From the NCBI GenBank assembly GCA_964519725.1, contig CAZFKS010000001.1:119270-183269 (forward strand): 64,000 bases of DNA, given 5' to 3'. The stretch comes from an uncultured Gammaproteobacteria bacterium (lineage in GTDB: Bacteria > Patescibacteriota > Patescibacteriia > Magasanikbacterales > UBA922). The translations under genes and the position numbers were made by a program. This document shows positions 58,510-64,000 of the stretch, piece after piece; position 1 is the stretch's first letter, and the number at the start of each line of letters is the position of its first letter. The notes under the pieces were generated by a model that was not told where the DNA came from, did no database searches, and worked only from the letters and a program-made list of their open reading frames with translations.

Positions 58510-60285
58510 TTAGCGCGCTGGTGGCACCTGGAAATATTCCAGGAGAAACTTGGACAAATCCCCAAAGACGGGCGCTGCGGTGCTTTCAGCATAGGCTGGT
58601 TCTGGTTTTTCGTATTTTACGATCATGACGTATTTAGGGTCTTGAGCTGGGGCAAAGCCAATAAATGAGTGGTTGTAAGTTTTAGTATATCCACCTGGCC
58701 CAGCGATTTCCGCTGTTCCTGATTTACCAGCCACTTGGTATCCAGTCACCCGCGCGCGACCGCTGTAACCTTTATCAACGGTGGCTACCAAAATATTTCC
58801 AATTTGACCCGCCGCTTTACGATTTAAAACCGTGCCAATTGGTTTTGGTTTAGTCACTTCAATATGACCGTCAGCAAATTGTTTTTCTTTGATAATGTAT
58901 GGTTTCATCAGAGTACCACCATTAGCAATTACCGAAAAAGCTGTGGCTGCTTGTAGTGGTGTCACTGTTAAACCCTGACCAAATGACGCTGTGGCTGTGT
59001 AACAATCTAATTTATTGCCCTTATTTTGGGTGAGCGAATCAATGGTTCCACTCACTTCAGTATCTAATTCAATTCCAGTTTCTACACCAAAACCAAACCG
59101 TTTAACATATTGTAAAAATTTTTGTTTACCTAAACTTTCCACTACGTGTACCATCCCAGTGTTAATTGAATTTTGAATCACCCCGGTCATGGTCTGATCA
59201 CCAAATGCTTTATTGCCCGCATTTTGAATTGGATGCTGACAAATTCCATCGCGGCGGCCAGTGTCAAAAAATGGTGTGTTTGGCGTGACTGCACCCTCGT
59301 TCAAAGCCGCGGCCATGGTAATTGGTTTAAAAATTGACCCTGGTTCGTACGGTGTAAAAATCGCGGAATTATTAAAAATATTGGCGTCAGTAACTTTGTT
59401 ATATTCATTTGGATTAAAATCTGGCAGTGAACACATGGCTAAAATGGCCCCCGATTTTGGTTCCATAATTACGAGCGACGCACTCGTGGCTTTATAATCA
59501 ATCATCCCCTGCCGCAAACGTTCACAAGCCTTAAATTGAATGGTCCGATCAATGGTCAAAACCAAATCTGCACCATCTTCAGCCGGTTTTAAAAGACCCT
59601 TATTTGACTCAATCCAACTACCACTAGCTGAACGCAGCCCCTCAATAAAACCACCTGATCCAGCCAAATTTTTCTGCCAGTAGCCTTCAATTCCGTATCG
59701 GCCCAGTGCATTACCTTTATCATCTTTTCCCACAAACCCAATCACCGTGGCCGCCAAATTTCCCTCAGGATAATTGCGGTGCGGCTCGCGCACAAAATAA
59801 ATGCCTGGCAAATCTAGGGCTTTAATGGTTTCCATTTTGCGCTGGTCTAAACGCTGTTCAATTGGTTCGTACGGATCAGTCCGTTTATTTAGTTGTTTGG
59901 TAATAGTTTCGCGGCGCTCAGGCGCAAAAGTAAATTGTTTATCGAGCCCATCCAAAACTTGGCGCGCCATTTCTTCAGTTTTAATTTCGCGTGTGTCAGC
60001 GTACAGGGTGTACACATCATCATTAAGAGCAATTGGATAGGGCGTACCAGTGCGTGCATCTGACAAAAAAATTTGACCGCGTTTTGGTAGCAAAGTTGAA
60101 CTTGATTCATGCGTATTAGCCGCCAGTGCCGTGTAAAAACCATGTTCCAAAACCATGAGAAAAAATAACCGCGCAATAATAATTCCAATTCCGCCAAACA
60201 AAAACCAAGTGGCCACTTTAATGCGCTCCACTGAAGCAAAATCAGCACGAGGATTAGATAAACGGTTAGAGTAATTCACAGGCAA
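58510..60285 (-). CDS. Class B penicillin-binding protein (FtsI/PBP2-like)
   Basis: N-terminal TM helix, PKRGQI, YEPGSIFK (SxxK), NSIN (SxN), GKSGTA. Confidence 0.93.
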   Translation of the reverse strand: MPVNYSNRLSNPRADFASVERIKVATWFLFGGIGIIIARLFFLMVLEHGFYTALAANTHESSSTLLPKRGQIFLSDARTGTPYPIALNDDVYTLYADTREIKTEEMARQVLDGLDKQFTFAPERRETITKQLNKRTDPYEPIEQRLDQRKMETIKALDLPGIYFVREPHRNYPEGNLAATVIGFVGKDDKGNALGRYGIEGYWQKNLAGSGGFIEGLRSASGSWIESNKGLLKPAEDGADLVLTIDRTIQFKACERLRQGMIDYKATSASLVIMEPKSGAILAMCSLPDFNPNEYNKVTDANIFNNSAIFTPYEPGSIFKPITMAAALNEGAVTPNTPFFDTGRRDGICQHPIQNAGNKAFGDQTMTGVIQNSINTGMVHVVESLGKQKFLQYVKRFGFGVETGIELDTEVSGTIDSLTQNKGNKLDCYTATASFGQGLTVTPLQAATAFSVIANGGTLMKPYIIKEKQFADGHIEVTKPKPIGTVLNRKAAGQIGNILVATVDKGYSGRARVTGYQVAGKSGTAEIAGPGGYTKTYNHSFIGFAPAQDPKYVMIVKYEKPEPAYAESTAAPVFGDLSKFLLEYFQVPPAR

Positions 60286-60310
60286 TAGGAGCTATAGTAT
60301 ACCACAAAAC

Positions 60311-60339
60311 TTGACGTGGATTTTAGCCAAGAGTAATAT
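60311..60339 (+). promoter_or_regulatory. Putative sigma70 promoter of the small ORF at 60382
   Basis: TTGACG-17-TAATAT. Confidence 0.55.
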
Positions 60340-60381
60340 ATATTCCTGTTGTCACACCCCCTAAGGGGGACAGGAGGTCAC

Positions 60382-60480
60382 ATGTGGGGCACGCTTAGCG
60401 TTCGAGAGAAAGTACTCGTAGTCACGGTTTCGCTGTTGGTCTTCGGACCCATGGCGATCGGACTGTCGATCCTCGGATGA
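60382..60480 (+). CDS. 32-aa single-TM small protein (type I toxin-like)
   Basis: AGGAGG SD, then MWGTLSVREKVLVVTVSLLVFGPMAIGLSILG*; structured flanks. Confidence 0.6.
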   Translation: MWGTLSVREKVLVVTVSLLVFGPMAIGLSILG

Positions 60481-60536
60481 ACAACCGTCCGCTGGCCCAG
60501 GGATTTCCCTGCGGCCGTGCGGACGGACCAAACAAA

Positions 60537-60848
60537 CTAGAGCTCTTGCTTAAGTTTTTCCCATTGTTTCACAATCAAGGAAACAATCAGTGAGACCGTG
60601 CTGGTCGCCAGACCAATCTCACGAGCATATTCTTTGGTAAATTGTTCAACTTTTTTCGCAAAATCTGATTTTTTCATTTTTTTCCAAGCCTCAGATTTCA
60701 GTAAATCTTTTTTAACCCGTTCGTAAACTACTGCCGCGTGACCAATCGCTTCGTCACGAACAGCTTTACCTTGTTTAGTTAAATTTAACCAAGCCAATCC
60801 AGCGCCAAGCAGGCCACCAAATAATAGACCACGTTTGAAATTTCCCAT
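60537..60848 (-). CDS. YtxH-like protein
   Basis: F..GLLFGGLLGA.L..L....GK..R followed by a helical tail. Confidence 0.7.
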   Translation of the reverse strand: MGNFKRGLLFGGLLGAGLAWLNLTKQGKAVRDEAIGHAAVVYERVKKDLLKSEAWKKMKKSDFAKKVEQFTKEYAREIGLATSTVSLIVSLIVKQWEKLKQEL

Positions 60849-60858
60849 ATGAGTAGAG

Positions 60859-62055
60859 TTAAGATTTAGTTCCAGCTACTCTATTATATAGCGCCTCGAG
60901 CTTTTGGACAATTAATTCCCAGGCATACTCAGTCTCAGCCACAGCGCGAGCCGTAGTTTTCCAAGCCGCCCGGTCAACGCCTGGGCTAAAATATTCCAGC
61001 AGGGTTTCAGCCAAGTTTTGCGGGTCATTTGACTTGACCACAGTACCAGCCTTGGCCGCCACCATACGCACCCCTGGGAGATCACTCGCAATGACTGGCA
61101 CACCACTGGCATAGGCCTCGAGGAGCACCATACCAAAGGCCTCACCCTGCGTTGTAGACGGTAAAACTAATAAATCAGCACTTTGGTAATAGCGAGGTAA
61201 GTCAGCGTGTTCAACGCGACCCACAAATTTTACCAGACTTTCAATTCCCAAAATTTTTGCGCGTTCTTCATACTTGGCGCGCAGTTCCCCGTCCCCCACC
61301 AAAATCGCTTGCACTGGCTGACCAGCGACTTTAGCAATCGCCAGTGCTTCTAGCAAAACTGGAATGCCTTTGAAAAAATGCGCCGCATCCATTCCGCCCA
61401 CAAACAAAACCGTTGGTAAATCAGCTTGGAGTCCAATTTCAATGGTCAGGGCCAAACTTGGTTCACCTGGTTTAAACCGATTAATATCCACCCCGAACGG
61501 CAGTTCAACCCAGCGCGCTGATTTTTGCAAAAAATGATTCCGAGCATCACTTACTTTTACATAATCAAACGAACTGGCAATAATTAAATCCGCGACATCC
61601 AAAATTTTCGGCAAATAATATTTAGCGTACAATTTAAAAATCAAACCCTGCCAACCAGGCGCGCGCGTATCCATGTGGTACGTGATCACCAGTGGTTTGG
61701 TGGGATTTTTTAATTTCCATTTCCGTACCAATCCGGCCGTACCAAAAAATGGATAGTGTAAGTGGACTAAATCAAACCCATCAAGCTCTTTGGCCAAGCC
61801 TGATAACCGCGCCGCATTACCATATGTTACTGATGGTTCGAGTCGGCGCGCAAAATCAATCTGTTTTTGCAATTGCGGTGCGTGCGTTTCTTCTGGCACT
61901 TCAGACGCTGATTTTAATTCTTTTTCCTCGTAATAATCAGGTGTAAACACCACCACTTCGTGACGTTTAGTCAGCTCAGCCGCAGTTTCAAACACCACCG
62001 TGCCCATACCACTGTAATAAGGCGGATACCGACAAACGATGTGCGCAATTTTCAT
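60859..62055 (-). CDS. Glycosyltransferase family 4
   Basis: VHLHYP, P.GVD..RF.P, KGIPVL, EAFGMVLLEA.A.G.PVIAS. Confidence 0.93.
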   Translation of the reverse strand: MKIAHIVCRYPPYYSGMGTVVFETAAELTKRHEVVVFTPDYYEEKELKSASEVPEETHAPQLQKQIDFARRLEPSVTYGNAARLSGLAKELDGFDLVHLHYPFFGTAGLVRKWKLKNPTKPLVITYHMDTRAPGWQGLIFKLYAKYYLPKILDVADLIIASSFDYVKVSDARNHFLQKSARWVELPFGVDINRFKPGEPSLALTIEIGLQADLPTVLFVGGMDAAHFFKGIPVLLEALAIAKVAGQPVQAILVGDGELRAKYEERAKILGIESLVKFVGRVEHADLPRYYQSADLLVLPSTTQGEAFGMVLLEAYASGVPVIASDLPGVRMVAAKAGTVVKSNDPQNLAETLLEYFSPGVDRAAWKTTARAVAETEYAWELIVQKLEALYNRVAGTKS

Positions 62056-62930
62056 ATCTTTGTAGTTTTAGAAACAATATAATACACGCCAATGAGCAGG
62101 AAAATTATACCAAAAAATTGCTGATTTGAGATAGTTTCTAAACCGAGCGCAGTTAAGGTCAAAATACTAAACAAAGGAAAGGTCAGCCCAATTGGCACAG
62201 CCTGGCTAATGTCGAGACGTTTAATTCCATTAAACCAAAGCAGCTTACTAATCGCGAGACACAGACCACCAGCCGCCAGCAAGGTTGGCCAATAATTACT
62301 GACTGTTTCCGAATAATTTGCGCCTGGTGAAAAAATTAAAGACAAGACAAATAAAATTGGAACACCGAGCATTAACCGGCTCACCAGCACAGTTTCTGGA
62401 CTTAATTCTTTGAGTAATCGTTTCGAAATAATATTGCCAAATGGATATGAGGCCGTACTAAAAATAATTACAATATCGCCCCAAGAAAAATTATTAAAAC
62501 CCTTGAATAAAACTAAAAATGAACCAAGTAAAACCGAGGTAGTGCCAATCACTTTAGCTGAAGTAATTTTTTCTCCATAAAATCTGGCGACTGGAACCGT
62601 AAACAACAATTCAGACAATAACAACACTGAGGCATTTACCCCCGAAGTGAGGCGTGCACCTAAATAAAACAAAGTCATTGGCACCACCACGATCAAAAAC
62701 GCCGCGAGCAGTTGATCTTTATACAAATGCGTTTTTTTAAAACCACTAAAATCACCGCGCCAAGCAAAAACAACGAGTGCCGTGAGCAGAGCCACGCTGT
62801 GAGTCAGGGTGGCAATCACTAATCCAGGCGCGGTTTGCGTTACCCGCTGGATTAAAATCGGATGAAAAGACCACAGCCAAGTACCAAGCAAAATTACACT
62901 AGTACCGATTTTAGTATTTCGGTCGAGCAT
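62052..62930 (-). CDS. DMT/EamA family transporter
   Basis: About 10 TM helices in two repeats (YGEKIT, GLETIS). Confidence 0.85.
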   Translation of the reverse strand: MLDRNTKIGTSVILLGTWLWSFHPILIQRVTQTAPGLVIATLTHSVALLTALVVFAWRGDFSGFKKTHLYKDQLLAAFLIVVVPMTLFYLGARLTSGVNASVLLLSELLFTVPVARFYGEKITSAKVIGTTSVLLGSFLVLFKGFNNFSWGDIVIIFSTASYPFGNIISKRLLKELSPETVLVSRLMLGVPILFVLSLIFSPGANYSETVSNYWPTLLAAGGLCLAISKLLWFNGIKRLDISQAVPIGLTFPLFSILTLTALGLETISNQQFFGIIFLLIGVYYIVSKTTKI

Positions 62931-62932
62931 AA

Positions 62933-63256
62933 TTATTTTTTCTCTAGCGCTTTACTGCGCACCACTTTGGTGAGGTCGCGCTGCAGAGCTTCTAGTTTTA
63001 CGGTGAGGCGGAAAATGGTCAGGAGCAAAAAAGCGAGCGCTGAGTAAATAATTAAATCCACCCCGCGTCCAATTCCCAAAATATCAGCGGCAGTTTGGGC
63101 GCTATTTGGGTACCACGCAATTACGACCATACCCAACCAAATAAGTAGCCACCACAATGTGCTGCGAAGACTCAGGAGTTTTTGTTCGCGGCGTTGCCAC
63201 ACTAAAAACGCCCCAGAAAAAGCAATGATGGTAAAAACAATTTTGAAAAACACCAT
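62933..63256 (-). CDS. DUF2304-family membrane protein
   Basis: A..LGIGRGVDL..Y...LT..VR..AL; follows a GT2 gene. Confidence 0.85.
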   Translation of the reverse strand: MVFFKIVFTIIAFSGAFLVWQRREQKLLSLRSTLWWLLIWLGMVVIAWYPNSAQTAADILGIGRGVDLIIYSALAFLLLTIFRLTVKLEALQRDLTKVVRSKALEKK

Positions 63257-63257
63257 A

Positions 63258-63914
63258 TTATAAAAATTTACCAAACAGTAAATCGCGAATAATTTTTACA
63301 CCACCACCCATTCCCTGTCCATACTCATGGTAGGTCACGGTAATTGGTAATTCGCGGTAATTTAATTTATGACGCGCAATTAATTGGGGAATTTCTGTGG
63401 CATGAGCCATACGATCTTGGTTTAATTTTAAAACTGACAGGGCACGCGCATTAAAAATTCGGAAACCATTGTGTGCGTCAGATAACCGGGCGGCGCCAAA
63501 TATTTTTTCAATGAACCGTGCCAGTGGCAAAATAATTTTACGTTTAAACCATGGCACAGTGCCAGTTGTTCCCAAAAAACGCGAGCCTAAAATAATATCC
63601 GCACCAGTTGTTTGCAATAGTTCAATACCTTTCTCCACATCCGCCACACTAAATTGCCCATCAGCATCAAAGTGCACTACTACTTGCGCCCCTTGTTCAC
63701 GCGCGTACTCGTGCCCAGTTTCTAGAGCCGCACCCTGTCCCCGATTTAATTCATGGACCAAAACCGTGGCCCCAGCTGCCTTGGCCACAGCCGCTGTTTC
63801 ATCACTAGACCCGTCGTCAACCACAACTACCTCAGTGACCACTGACAAAAGCCCAGTAATTACTGAGCTGACGCGCGCGGCTTCATTATAGGCTGGGACA
63901 ATGGCCAGAATCAT
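63258..63914 (-). CDS. Glycosyltransferase family 2 (polyprenol-phosphate sugar synthase-like)
   Basis: PAYNEA, VVDDGSSD.T, NRGQGAAL, FDADGQ, GSRF. Confidence 0.93.
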   Translation of the reverse strand: MILAIVPAYNEAARVSSVITGLLSVVTEVVVVDDGSSDETAAVAKAAGATVLVHELNRGQGAALETGHEYAREQGAQVVVHFDADGQFSVADVEKGIELLQTTGADIILGSRFLGTTGTVPWFKRKIILPLARFIEKIFGAARLSDAHNGFRIFNARALSVLKLNQDRMAHATEIPQLIARHKLNYRELPITVTYHEYGQGMGGGVKIIRDLLFGKFL

Positions 63915-63926
63915 ATCCCAGAGAGC

Positions 63927-64000
63927 TTACAATAAGGCTTCTTTGTTGGCAACCGTGTAGTCAATGGCCCGCTGCAGCCCATCTTCCAGGCGTACCAGCG
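63927..64000 (-). CDS. 3' end of a probable NAD-dependent epimerase/dehydratase (partial)
   Basis: ...LVRLEDGLQRAIDYTVANKEALL* resembles the C-terminus of nucleotide-sugar epimerases; upstream of GT genes. Confidence 0.5.
   Translation of the reverse strand, partial: LVRLEDGLQRAIDYTVANKEALL

Overview
A low-GC bacterial chromosomal segment with almost all genes on the minus strand. Gene content and style (F-type ATP synthase, split ComEC plus pilM/pilin/prepilin peptidase, DciA, RNase Y, a GAGC lipobox, short leaders without a Shine-Dalgarno (SD) sequence, standard genetic code) suggest a Patescibacteria/CPR genome; this is inference, not a database result. Housekeeping genes include proS, typA, the atp operon, leuS, gdhA, trxA, infB, ppa, rny, HU, a PBP and two tRNAs. 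Main points of interest: (1) a tightly coupled type I restriction-modification (R-M) operon with a predicted HEPN RNase and a predicted PIN RNase inserted among the hsd genes, an HTH-fused HsdM, and a downstream YgjP-like protease and DUF2075 nuclease-helicase; (2) two unrelated orphan toxin-like genes, each met tail-to-tail by a promoter driving a ~55-nt structured RNA that ends at the gene's stop codon, a candidate RNA-antitoxin architecture; (3) a 32-aa hydrophobic ORF missed by the ORF track, with an SD-sequestering 5' hairpin and a long 3' hairpin, resembling a type I toxin; (4) a 40-aa, 8-Cys peptide gene also missed by the track, with a perfect sigma70 promoter and its own terminator; (5) a probable 6S RNA upstream of rny; (6) a ~180-aa degenerate nucleotidyltransferase-like insertion in LeuRS. 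All family assignments come from reading motifs by eye; no searches were run.
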